A stretch of DNA of 64,000 nucleotides from Eledone cirrhosa (Eukaryota), in NCBI GenBank assembly GCA_964016885.1, contig OZ024741.1, positions 341,620,001 through 341,684,000 on the forward strand. Direction: 5' to 3'. Made by a program: the position numbers and the translations under genes. The notes beneath the pieces are model-generated. The model did no database searches, was not told the DNA's origin, and worked only from the letters and a program-made list of their open reading frames with translations. This document shows positions 27,401 to 42,400 of the stretch, in pieces. Position 1 is the stretch's first letter. Every line of letters starts with the position of its first letter.

Positions 27401-30400
27401 CAAAACCAGCTAAACCACCAATTGATATTAACCTATCCATAACCAGTTAAACCACCAATTGATACTAACCTACCCAAAACCAGCTAAACCACCAATTGAT
27501 AATAACCTACCCAAAACCAGCTAAACCACCAATTTATATTAACCTACCCAAAACCAGCTAAACCACCAATTGATATTAACCTACCCAAAACCAGCTAAAC
27601 CACCAATTGATAATAACCTACCCAAAACCAGCTAAACCACCGATTGATACTAACCTACCCAAAACCAGCTAAACCACCAATTGATACTAACCTACCCAAA
27701 ACCAGCTAAACCACCAATTGATATTAACCTACCCAAAACCAGCTAAACCACCATATGATACTAACCTACCCAAAACCAGCTAAACCACCAATTGATACTA
27801 ACCTACCCAAAACCAGCTAAACCACCAATTGATACTAACCTACCCAAAATCAGCTAAACCACCAATTGATAATAACCTACCCAAAACCAGCTAAACCACC
27901 AATTGATACTAACCTACCCCAAACCAGCTAAACCACCAATTGATACTAACCTGCCCAAAACCAGCTAAATCACCAGTTGATACTAACCTATCCAAAACCA
28001 GCTAAACCACCAATTGATATTAACCTACCCAAAACCAGCTAAACCACCAATTGATACTAACCTATCCAAAACCAGTTAAACCACTAATTGATACTAACCT
28101 ACCCCAAACCAGCTAAACCACCAATTGATATTAACCTATCCAAAACCAGTTAAACCACCAATTGATACTAACCTACCCAAAACCAGCTAAACCACCAATT
28201 GATAATAACCTACCCAAAACCAGCTAAACCACCAATTGATATTAACCTACCCAAAACCAGCTAAACCACCAATTGATATTAACCTACCCAAAACCAGCTA
28301 AACCACCAATTGATAATAACCTACCCAAAACCAGCTAAACCACCGATTGATACTAACCTACCCAAAACCAGCTAAACCACCAATTGATACTAACCTACCC
28401 AAAACCAGCTAAACCACCATATGATACTAACCTACCCAAAACCAGCTAAACCACCAATTGATACTAACCTACCCAAAACCAGCTAAACCACCAATTGATA
28501 CTAACCTACCCAAAACCAGCTAAACCATCAATTGATACTAACCTACCCAAAACTAGCTAAACCTCCAATTGAGACTAACCTACCCAAAACCAGCTAAACG
28601 ACCAATTGATACTAACCTACCCAAAACCAGCTAAACCACCAATTGATACTAACCTATCCAAAACCAGCTAAACCACCAATTGATACTAACCTACCCAAAA
28701 CCAGCTAAACCACCAATTGATACTAACCTACCCAAAACCAGCTAAACCACCAATTGATACTAACCTGCCCAAAACCAGCTAAACCACCAATTGATATTAA
28801 CCTACCCAAAACCAGCTAAACCACCATATGATACAAACATACCCAAAACCAGCTAAACCACCAATTGATATTAACCTACCCAAAACCAGCTAAACCACCA
28901 ATTGATACTAACCTACCCAAAATCAGCTAAACCACCAATTGATAATAACCTACCCAAAACCAGCTAAACCACCAATTGATAATAACCTACCCAAAACCAG
29001 CTAAACCACCAATTGATAATAACCTACCCAAAACCAGCTAAACCACCAATTGATACTAACCTACCCAAAACCAGCTAAACCACAAATTGATACTAACCTG
29101 CCCCAAACCAGCTAAACCACCAATTGATATTAACCTACCCAAAACCAGCTAAACGACCAATTGATACTAACCTACCCAAAACCAGCTAAACCACCAATTG
29201 ATACTAACCTACCCAAAACCAGCTAAACGACCAATTGATACTAACCTACCCAAAACCAGCTAAATCACCAATTGATACTAACCTACCCAAAACCAGCTAA
29301 ACCACCAATTGATACTAACCTGCCCAAAACCAGCTAAATCACCAATTGAAACTAACCTGCCCAAAAGCAGCTAAACCACCAATTGATACTAACCTACCCA
29401 AAAGCAGCTAAACCACCAATTGATACTAATCTATCCAAAACCAGCTAAACCACCAATTGATACTAACCTACCCAAAACCAGCTAAACCACCAATTGATAC
29501 TAACCTACCCAAAACCAGCTAAACCACCAATTGATAATAACCTACCCAAAACCAGCTAAACCACCAATTGATACTAACCTACCCCAAACCAGCTAAACCA
29601 CCAATTGATACTAACCTGCCCCAAACCAGCTAAATCACCAATTGATACTAACCTATCCAAAACCAGCTAAACCACCAATTGATACTAACATGCCCAAAAC
29701 CAGCTAAAGCACCAATTGATACTAACCTATCCAAAACCAGTTAAACCACCAATTGATACTAACCTACCCAAAACCAGCTAAACCACCCATTGATACTAAC
29801 CTACCCAAAACCAGCTAAACCACCAATTGATACTAACCTACCCAAAACCAGCTAAACCACCAATTGATACTAACCTACCCAAAATCAGCTAAACCACCAA
29901 TTGATAATAACCTACCCAAAACCAGCTAAACCACCAATTGATACTAACCTACCCCAAACCAGCTAAACCATCAATTGATACTAACCTGCCCAAAACCAGC
30001 TAAATCACCAATTGATACTAACCTATCCAAAACCAGCTAAACCACCAATTGATATTAACCTACCCAAAACCAGCTAAACCACCAATTGATACTAACCTAT
30101 CCAAAACCAGTTAAACCACTAATTGATACTAACCTACCCAAAACCAGCTAAACCACCAATTGATATTAACCTATCCAAAACCAGTTAAACCACCAATTGA
30201 TACTAACCTACCCAAAACCAGCTAAACCACCAATTGATAATAACCTACCCAAAACCAGCTAAACCACCAATTTATATTAACCTACCCAAAACCAGCTAAA
30301 CCACCAATTGATATTAACCTACCCAAAACCAGCTAAACCACCAATTGATAATAACCTACCCAAAACCAGCTAAACCACCGATTGATACTAACCTACCCAA

Positions 30401-33400
30401 AACCAGCTAAACCACCAATTGATACTAACCTACCCAAAACCAGCTAAACCACCAATTGATATTAACCTACCCAAAACCAGCTAAACCACCATATGATACT
30501 AACCTACCCAAAACCAGCTAAACCACCAATTGATACTAACCTACCCAAAACCAGCTAAACCACCAATTGATACTAACCTACCCAAAACCAGCTAAACCAC
30601 CAATTGATACTAACCTACCCAAAACCAGCTAAACCACCATATGATACTAACCTACCCAAAACCAGCTAAACCACCAATTGATACTAACCTACCCCAAACC
30701 AGCTAAACCACCAATTGATACTAACCTACCCAAAACCAGCTAAACCACCATATGATACTAACCTACCCAAAACCAGCTAAACGACCAATTGATACTAACC
30801 TACCCAAAACCAGCTAAACCACCAATTGATACTAACCTATCCAAAACCAGTTAAACCACCAATTGATACTAACCTACCCAAAACCAGCTAAACCACCCAT
30901 TGATACTAACCTACCCAAAACCAGCTAAACCACCAATTGATACTAACCTACCCAAAACCAGCTAAACCACCAATTGATACTAACCTACCCAAAATCAGCT
31001 AAACCACCAATTGATAATAACCTACCCAAAACCAGCTAAACCACCAATTGATACTAACCTACCCCAAACCAGCTAAACCATCAATTGATACTAACCTGCC
31101 CAAAACCAGCTAAATCAACAATTGATACTAACCTATCCAAAACCAGCTAAACCACCAATTGATATTAACCTCCCCAAAACCAGCTAAACCACCAATTGAT
31201 ACTAACCTATCCAAAACCAGTTAAACCACTAATTGATACTAACCTACCCAAAACCAGCTAAACCACCAATTGATATTAACCTATCCAAAACCAGTTAAAC
31301 CACCAATTGATACTAACCTACCCAAAACCAGCTAAACCACCAATTGATAATAACCTACCCAAAACCAGCTAAACCACCAATTTATATTAACCTACCCAAA
31401 ACCAGCTAAACCACCAATTGATATTAACCTACCCAAAACCAGCTAAACCACCAATTGATAATAACCTACCCAAAACCAGCTAAACCACCGATTGATACTA
31501 ACCTACCCAAAACCAGCTAAACCACCAATTGATACTAACCTACCCAAAACCAGCTAAACCACCAATTGATATTAACCAACCCAAAACCAGCTAAACCACC
31601 ATATGATACTAACCTACCCAAAACCAGCTGAACCACCAATTGATACTAACCTACCCAAAACCAGCTAAACCACCAATTGATACTAACCTACCCAAAACCA
31701 TCTAAACCACCAATTGATACTAACCTACCCAAAACCAGCTAAACCACCATATGATACTAACCTACCCAAAACCAGCTAAACCACCAATTGATACTAACCT
31801 ACCCCAAACCAGCTAAACCACCAATTGATACTAACCTACCCAAAACCAGCTAAACCACCATATGATACTAACCTACCCAAAACCAGCTAAACGACCAATT
31901 GATACTAACCTACCCAAAACCAGCTAAACCACCAATTGATACTAACCTATCCAAAACCAGCTAAACCACCAATTGATATTAACCTACCCAAAACCAGCTA
32001 AACCACCAATTGATACTAACCTACCCAAAACCAGCTAAACCACCAATTGATACTAACCTGCCCAAAACCAGCTAAACCACCAATTGATATTAACCTACCC
32101 AAAACCAGCTAAACCACCATATGATACAAACCTACCCAAAACCAGCTAAACCACCAATTGATATTAACCTACCCAAAACCAGCTAAACCACCAATTGATA
32201 ATAACCTACCCAAAACCAGCTAAACCACCAATTGATAATAACCTACCCAAAACCAGCTAAACCACCAATTGATAATAACCTACCCAAAACCAGCTAAACC
32301 ACCAATTGATACTAACCTACCCAAAACCAGCTAAACCACCAATTGATAATAACCTACCTAAAACCAGCTAAACCACCAATTGATAATAACCTACCCAAAA
32401 CCAGCTAAACCACCAATTGATAATAACCTACCCAAAACCAGCTAAACCACCAATTGATAATAACCTACCCAAAACTAGCTAAACCACTAATTGATAATAA
32501 CCTACCCAAAACCAGTTAAACTACCAATTGATAATAACCTACCCAAAACTAGCTAAACCACTAATTGATAATAACCTACCCAAAACCAGCTAAACCACCA
32601 ATTGATACTAACCTACCCAAAACCAGCTAAACCACCAATTGATAATAACCTACCCAAAACCAGCTAAACCACCAATTGATACTAACCTACCCCAAACCAG
32701 CTAAACCACCAATTGATACTAACCTGCCCCAAACCAGCTAAATCACCAATTGATACTAACCTATCCAAAACCAGCTAAACCACCAATTGATACTAACCTG
32801 CCCCAAACCAGCTAGACCACCAATTGATACTAAGCTACCCAAAACCGGCTAAACCACCTATTGATACTAACCTGCCCCAAACCAGCTAAACCACCAATTG
32901 ATAATAACCTACCCAAAACCAGCTAAACCACCAATTGATAATAACCTACCCAAAACCAGCTAAACCACCAATTGATACTAACCTACCCAAAACCAGCTAA
33001 ACCACCAATTGATAATAACCTACCTAAAACCAGCTAAACCACCAATTGATAATAACCTACCCAAAACCAGCTAAACCACCAATTGATACTAACCTATCCA
33101 AAACCAGTTAAACCACTAATTGATACTAACCTACCCAAAACCAGCTAAACCACCAATTGATATTAACCTATCCAAAACCAGTTAAACCACCAATTGATAC
33201 TAACCTACCCAAAACCAGCTAAACCACCAATTGATAATAACCTACCCAAAACCAGCTAAACCACCAATTGATATTAACCTACCCAAAACCAGCTAAACCA
33301 CCAATTGATATTAACCTACCCAAAACCAGCTAAACCACCAATTGATACTAACCTACCCAAAACCAGCTAAACCATCAATTGATACTAACCTACCCAAAAC

Positions 33401-36400
33401 TAGCTAAACCTCCAATTGATACTAACCTACCCCAAACCAGCTAAACGACCAATTGATACTAACCTACCCAAAACCAGCTAAACCACCAATTGATACTAAC
33501 CTATCCAAAACCAGCTAAACCACCAATTGATACTAGCCTACCCAAAACCAGTTAAACCACCAATTGATACTAACCTACCCAAAACCAGCTAAACCACCAA
33601 TTGATACTAACCTATCCAAAACAAGCTAAACCACCATATGATACTAACCTACCCAAAACCAGCTAAACCACCAATTGATACTAACCTGCCCAAAACCAGC
33701 TAAACCACCAATTGATATTAACCTACCCAAAACCAGCTAAACCACCATATGATACTAACCTACCCAAAACCAGCTAAACCACCAATTGATATTAACCGAC
33801 CGAAAACCAGCTAAACGACCAATTGATACTAACCTACCCAAAACCAGCTAAACCACCAATTGATACTAACCTATCCAAAACCAGCTAAACCACCAATTGA
33901 TACTAACCTACCCAAAACCAGCTAAACCACCAATTGATACTAACCTACCCAAAACCAGCTAAACCACCATATGATACTAACCTACCCAAAACCAGCTAAA
34001 CCACCAATTGATATTAACCGACCGAAAACCAGCTAAACGACCAATTGATACTAACCTACCCAAAACCAGCTAAACCACCAATTGATACTAACCTATCCAA
34101 AACCAGCTAAACCACCAATTGATACTAACCTACCCAAAACCAGCTAAACCACCAATTGATACTAACCTATCCAAAACCAGCTAAACCACCATATGATACT
34201 AACCTACTCAAAACCAGCTAAACCACCTATTGATACTAACCTGCCCAAAACCAGCTAAACCACCAATTGATACTAACCTATCCAAAACAAGCTAAACCAC
34301 CATATGATACTAACCTACCCAAAACCAGCTAAACCACCAATTGATACTAACCTGCCCAAAACCAGCTAAACCACCAATTGATATTAACCTACCCAAAACC
34401 AGCTAAACCACCATATGATACTAACCTACCCAAAACCAGCTAAACCACCAATTGATATTAACCGACCGAAAACCAGCTAAACGACCAATTGATACTAACC
34501 TACCCAAAACCAGCTAAACCACCAATTGATACTAACCTATCCAAAACCAGCTAAACCACCAATTGATACTAACCTACCCAAAACCAGCTAAACCACCAAT
34601 TGATACTAACCTACCCAAAACCAGCTAAACCACCATATGATACTAACCTACCCAAAACCAGCTAAACCACCAATTGACATTAACCGACCGAAAACCAGCT
34701 AAACGACCAATTGATACTAACCTACCCAAAACCAGCTAAACCACCAATTGATACTAACCTATCCAAAACCAGCTAAACCACCAATTGATACTAACCTACC
34801 CAAAACCAGCTAAACCACCAATTGATACTAACCTATCCAAAACCAGCTAAACCACCATATGATACTAACCTACTCAAAACCAGCTAAACCACCAATTGAT
34901 ACTAACCTGCCCAAAACCAGCTAAACCACCAATTGATATTAACCTACCCAAAACCAGCTAAACCACCATATGATACTAACCTACCCAAAACCAGCTAAAC
35001 CACCAATTGATATTAACCTACCCAAAACCAGCTAAACCACCAATTGATACTAACCTACCCAAAACCAGCTAAACCACCAATTGATAATAACCTACCCAAA
35101 ACCAGCTAAACCACCAATTGATAATAACCTACCCAAAACCAGCTAAACCACCAATTGATAATTACCTACCCAAAACCAGCTAAACCACCAATTGATACTA
35201 ACCTACCCAAAACCAGCTAAACCACCAATTGATACTAACCTACCCAAAACCAGCTAAACCACCAATTGATACTAACCTACCCAAAACCAGCTAAACCACC
35301 AATTGATAACAACCTACCTAAAACCAGCTAAACCACCAATTGATAATAACCTACCCAAAACCAGCTAAACCACCAATTGATGATAACCTACCCAAAACCA
35401 GCTAAACCACTAATTGATAATAACCTACCCAAAACCAGTTAAACCACCAATTGATACTAACCTACCCAAAACCAGCTAAACCACCAATTGATATTAACCT
35501 ACCCAAAACCAGCTAAACCACCAATTGATAATAACCTACCCAAAACCAGCTAAACCACCAATTGATAATAACCTACCCAAAACCAGCTAAACCACCAATT
35601 GATACTAACCTACCCAAAACCAGCTAAACCACCAATTGATACTAACCTGCTCAAAACCAGCTAAATCACCAATTGAAACTAACCTGCCCAAAAGCAGCTA
35701 AACCACCAATTGATACTAACATACCCAAAACCAGCTAAACCACCAATTGATACTAACCTGCCCCAAACCAGCTAGACCACCAATTGATACTAAGCTACCC
35801 AAAACCAGCTAAATCACCAATTGACACTAACCTGCACAAAACCAGCTAAACCACCAATTGATACTAACCTAACCAAAACCGGCTAAACCACCTATTGATA
35901 CTAACCTGCCCAAAACCAGCTAAACCACCAATTAATTGATACTAACCTACCCAAAACCAGCTAAACAACCAATTGATACTAACCTGCCCAAAACCAGCTA
36001 AACCACCAATTGATATTAACCTACCCAAAACCAGCTAAACGACCAATTGATACTAACCTACCCAAAACCAGCTAAACCACCAATTGATACTAACCTACCC
36101 AAAACCAGCTAAACGACCAATTGATACTAACCTACCCCAAACCAGCTAAACCACCAATTTATACTAACCTGCCCAAAACCAGCTAAACCACCAATTGATA
36201 TTAACCTACACAAAACCAGCTAAACGACCAATTGATACTAACTTACCCAAAACCAGCTAAACCACCAATTGATACTAACCTACCCAAAACCAGCTAAACG
36301 ACCAATTGATACTAACCTACCCAAAACCAGCTAAATCACCAATTGATACTAACCTACCCAAAACCAGCAAAACGACCAATTGATACTAACCTACCCAAAA

Positions 36401-39400
36401 CCAGCTAAACCACCAATTGATAATAACCTACCCAAAACCAGCTAAACCACCAATTGATAATAACCTACCCAAAACCAGCTAAACCACCAATTGATAATAA
36501 CCTACCCAAAACCAGCTAAACCACCAATTGATACTAACATACCCAAAACCAGCTAAACCACCAATTGATATTAACCTACCCAAAACCAGCTAAACCACCA
36601 ATTGATACTAACCTACCCAAAACCAGCTAAACCACCAATTGATACTAACCTACCCAAAACCAGCTAAACCACCAATTGATAATAACCTACCCAAAACCAG
36701 CTAAACCACCAATTGATAATAACCTACCCAAAACCAGCTAAACCACCAATTGATAATTACCTACCCAAAACCAGCTAAACCACCAATTGATACTAACCTA
36801 CCCAAAACCAGCTAAACCACCAATTGATAACAACCTACCTAAAACCAGCTAAACCACCAATTGATAATAACCTACCCAAAACCAGCTAAACCACCAATTG
36901 ATGATAACCTACCCAAAACCAGCTAAACCACCAATTGATACTAACATACCCAAAACCAGCTAAATCACCAATTGAAACTAACCTGCCCAAAAGCAGCTAA
37001 ACCACCAATTGATACTAACATACCCAAAACCAGCTAAACCACCAATTGATACTAACCTGCCCCAAACCAGCTAGACCACCAATTGATACTAAGCTACCCA
37101 AAACCAGCTAAATCACCAATTGACACTAACCTGCACAAAACCAGCTAAACCACCAATTGATACTAACCTAACCAAAACCGGCTAAACCACCTATTGATAC
37201 TAACCTGCCCAAAACCAGCTAAACCACCAATTAATTGATACTAACCTACCCAAAACCAGCTAAACAACCAATTGATACTAACCTGCCCAAAACCAGCTAA
37301 ACCACCAATTGATATTAACCTACCCAAAACCAGCTAAACCACCAATTGATACTAACCTACCCAAAACCAGCTAAGCCACCAATTGATACTAACCTACCCA
37401 AAACCAGCTAAATCACCAATTGATACTAACCTACCCAAAACTAGCTAAACCACCAATTGATACTAACCTACCCAAAACCAGCTAAACGACCAATTGATAC
37501 TAACCTACCCAAAACCAGCTAAACCACCAATTGATAATAACCTACCCAAAACCAGCTAAACCTCCAATTGATACTAACCTACCCAAAACCAGCTAAACCA
37601 CCAATTGATACTAACCTACCCAAAACTAGCTAAACAACCAATTGATACTAACCTACCCAAAACTAGCTAAACCACCAATTGATACTAACCTACCCAAAAC
37701 CAGCTAAACCACCAATTGATATTAACCTACCCAAAACCAGCTAAACCACCATATGATACTAACCTACCCCAAACCAGCTAAACCACCAATTGATACTAGC
37801 CTACCCAAAACCAGCTAAACCACCAATTGATACTAACCTACCCAAAACCAGCTAAACCACCAATTGATACTAACCTACCCAAAACCAGCTAAACCACCAA
37901 TTGATACTAACCTGCCCAAAACCAGCTAAATCACCAATTGAAACTAACCTGCCCAAAACCAGCTAAACCACCAACTGATACTAACCTACCCAAAACCAGC
38001 TAAACCACCTATTGATAATAACCTACCCAAAACCAGCTAAACCACCAATTGATAATAACCTACCTAAAACCAGCTAAACCACCAATTGATAATAACCTAC
38101 CCCAAACCAGCTAAACCACCAATTGATAATAACCTACCCAAAACCAGCTAAACCACCAATTGATGATAACCTACCCAAAACCAGCTAAACCACTAATTGA
38201 TAATAACCTACCCAAAACCAGTTAAACCGCCAATTGATACTAACCTACCCAAAACCAGCTAAACCACCAATTGATATTAACCTACCCAAAACCAGCTAAA
38301 CCACCAATTGATAATAACCTACCCAAAACCAGCTAAACCACCAATTGATAATAACCTACCCAAAACCAGCTAAACCACCAATTGATACTAACCTACCCAA
38401 AACCAGCTAAACCACCAATTGATACTAACCTGCCCAAAACCAGCTAAATCACCAATTGAAACTAACCTGCCCAAAAGCAGCTAAACCACCAATTGATACT
38501 AACATACCCAAAACCAGCTAAACCACCAATTGATACTAACATACCCAAAACCAGCTAAACCACCAATTGATACTAACCTGCCCCAAACCAGCTAGACCAC
38601 CAATTGATACTAAGCTACCCAAAACCAGCTAAATCACCAATTGACACTAACCTGCACAAAACCAGCTAAACCACCAATTGATACTAACCTAACCAAAACC
38701 GGCTAAACCACCTATTGATACTAACCTGCCCAAAACCAGCTAAACCACCAATTAATTGATACTAACCTACCCAAAACCAGCTAAACAACCAATTGATACT
38801 AACCTGCCCAAAACCAGCTAAACCACCAATTGATATTAACCTACCCAAAACCAGCTAAACGACCAATTGATACTAACCTACCCAAAACCAGCTAAACCAC
38901 CAATTGATACTAACCTACCCAAAACCAGCTAAACGACCAATTGATACTAACCTACCCAAAACCAGCTAAACCACCAATTTATACTAACCTGCCCAAAACC
39001 AGCTAAACCACCAATTGATATTAACCTACCCAAAACCAGCTAAACGACCAATTGATACTAACTTACCCAAAACCAGCTAAACCACCAATTGATACTAACC
39101 TACCCAAAACCAGCTAAACGACCAATTGATACTAACCTACCCAAAACCAGCTAAATCACCAATTGATACTAACCTACCCAAAACCAGCAAAACGACCAAT
39201 TGATACTAACCTACCCAAAACCAGCTAAACCACCAATTGATAATAACCTACCCAAAACCAGCTAAACCACCAATTGATAATAACCTACCCAAAACCAGCT
39301 AAACCACCAATTGATACTAACCTACCCAAAACCAGCTAAACCACCAATTGATACTAACCTACCCAAAACCAGCTAAATCACCAATTGATACTAACCTACC

Positions 39401-42400
39401 CAAAACTAGCTAAACCACCAATTGATACTAACCTACCCAAAACCAGCTAAACGACCAATTGATACTAACCTACCCAAAACCAGCTAAACCACCAATTGAT
39501 AATAACCTACCCAAAACCAGCTAAACCTCCAATTGATACTAACCTACCCAAAACCAGCTAAACCACCAATTGATACTAACCTACCCAAAACTAGCTAAAC
39601 AACCAATTGATACTAACCTACCCAAAAGTAGCTAAACCACCAATTGATACTAACCTACCCAAAACCAGCTAAACCACCAATTGATATTAACCTACCCAAA
39701 ACCAGCTAAACCACCATATGATACTAACCTACCCCAAACCAGCTAAACCACCAATTGATACTAGCCTACCCAAAACCAGCTAAACCACCAATTGATACTA
39801 ACCTACCCAAAACCAGCTAAACCACCAATTGATACTAACCTACCCAAAACCAGCTAAACCACCAATTGATACTAACCTGCCCAAAACCAGCTAAATCACC
39901 AATTGAAACTAACCTGCCCAAAACCAGCTAAACCACCAACTGATACTAACCTACCCAAAACCAGCTAAACCACCTATTGATAATAACCTACCCAAAACCA
40001 GCTAAACCACCAATTGATATTAACCTACCCAAAACCAGCTAAACCACCAATTGATACTAACCTACCCAAAACCAGCTAAACGACCAATTGATACTAACCT
40101 ACCCAAAACCAGCTAAACCACCAATTGATACTAACCTACCCAAAACCAGCTAAACCACCAATTGATACTAACCTACCCAAAACCAGCTAAACCACCAATT
40201 GATATTAACCTACCCAAAACCAGCTAAACCACCAATTGATATTAACCTACCCAAAACCAGCTAAACCACCAATTGATACTAACCTACCCAAAACCAGCTA
40301 AACCACCAATTGATACTAACCTACCCAAAACCAGCTAAACCACCAATTGATAATAACCTACCCAAAACCAGCTAAACCACCAATTGATACTAACCTACCC
40401 AAAACCAGCTAAACCACCAATTGATACTAACCTACCCAAAACCAGCTAAACCACCAATTGATACTAACCTACCCAAAACCAGCTAAACCACCAATTGATA
40501 CTAACCTACCCAAAACCAGTTAAACCACCTATTGATACTAACCTACCCAAAACCAGCTAAACCACCAATTGATACTAACCTACCCAAAACCAGCTAAACC
40601 ACCAATTGATAATAACCTACCCAAAACCAGCTAAACCACCAATTGATAATAACCTACCCAAAACCAGCTAAACCACCAATTGATAATAACCTACCCAAAA
40701 CCAGCTAAACCACCAATTGATACTAACCTACCCAAAACCAGCTAAACCACCAATTGATAATAACCTACCTAAAACCAGCTAAACCACCAATTGATAATAA
40801 CCTACCCAAAACCAGCTAAACCACCAATTGATAATAACCTACCCAAAACCAGCTAAACCACCAATTGATAATAACCTACCCAAAACCAGCTAAACCACCA
40901 ATTGATAATAACCTACCCAAAACCAGTTAAACCACCAATTGATACTAACCTACCCAAAACCAGCTAAACCACCAATTGATATTAACCTACCCAAAACCAG
41001 CTAAACCACCAATTGATACTAACCTGCCCAAAACCAGCTAAATTACCAATTGAAACTAACCTGCCCAAAAGCAGCTAAACCACCAATTGATACTAACATA
41101 CCCAAAACCAGCTAAACCACCAATTGATACTAACATACCCAAAACCAGCTAAACCACCAATTGATACTAACCTGCCCCAAACCAGCTAGACCACCAATTG
41201 ATACTAAGCTACCCAAAACCAGCTAAATCACCAATTGACACTAACCTGCACAAAACCAGCTAAACCACCAATTGATACTAACCTAACCAAAACCGGCTAA
41301 ACAACCTATTGATACTAACCTGCCCAAAACCAGCTAAACCACCAATTAATTGATACTAACCTACCCAAAACCAGCTAAACAACCAATTGATACTAACCTG
41401 CCCAAAACCAGCTAAACCACCAATTGATACTAACCTACCCAAAACCAGCTAAACGACCAATTGATACTAACCTACCCAAAACCAGCTAAATCACCAATTG
41501 ATACTAACCTACCCAAAACCAGCAAAACGACCAATTGATACTAACCTACCCAAAACCAGCTAAACCACCAATTGATAATAACCTACCCAAAACCAGCTAA
41601 ACCACTAATTGATAATAACCTACCCAAAACCAGCTAAACCACCAATTGATAATAACCTACCCAAAACCAGCTAAACCACCAATTGATACTAACCTACCCA
41701 AAACCAGCTAAACCACCAATTGATATTAACCTACCCAAAACCAGCTAAACCACCAATTGATACTAACCTACCCAAAACCAGCTAAACCACCAATTGATAC
41801 TAACCTACCCAAAACCAGCTAAATCACCAATTGATACTAACCTACCCAAAACTAGCTAAACCACCAATTGATACTAACCTACCCAAAACCAGCTAAACGA
41901 CCAATTGATACTAACCTACCCAAAACCAGCTAAACCACCAATTGATAATAACCTACCCAAAACCAGCTAAACCTCCAATTGATACTAACCTACCCAAAAC
42001 CAGCTAAACCACCAATTGATACTAACCTACCCAAAACTAGCTAAACCACCAATTGATACTAACCTACCCAAAACTAGCTAAACCACCAATTGATACTAAC
42101 CTACCCAAAACCAGCTAAACCACCAATTGATATTAACCTACCCAAAACCAGCTAAACCACCATATGATACTAACCTACCCAAACCAGCTAAACCACCAAT
42201 TGATACTAGCCTACCCAAAACCAACTAAACCACCAATTGATATTAACCTACCCAAAACCAGCTAAACCACCAATTGATATTAACCTACCCAAAACCAGCT
42301 AAACCACCAATTGATACTAACCTACCCAAAACCAGCTAAACGACCAATTGATACTAACCTACCCAAACCAGCTAAACCACCAATTGATACTAACCTACCC

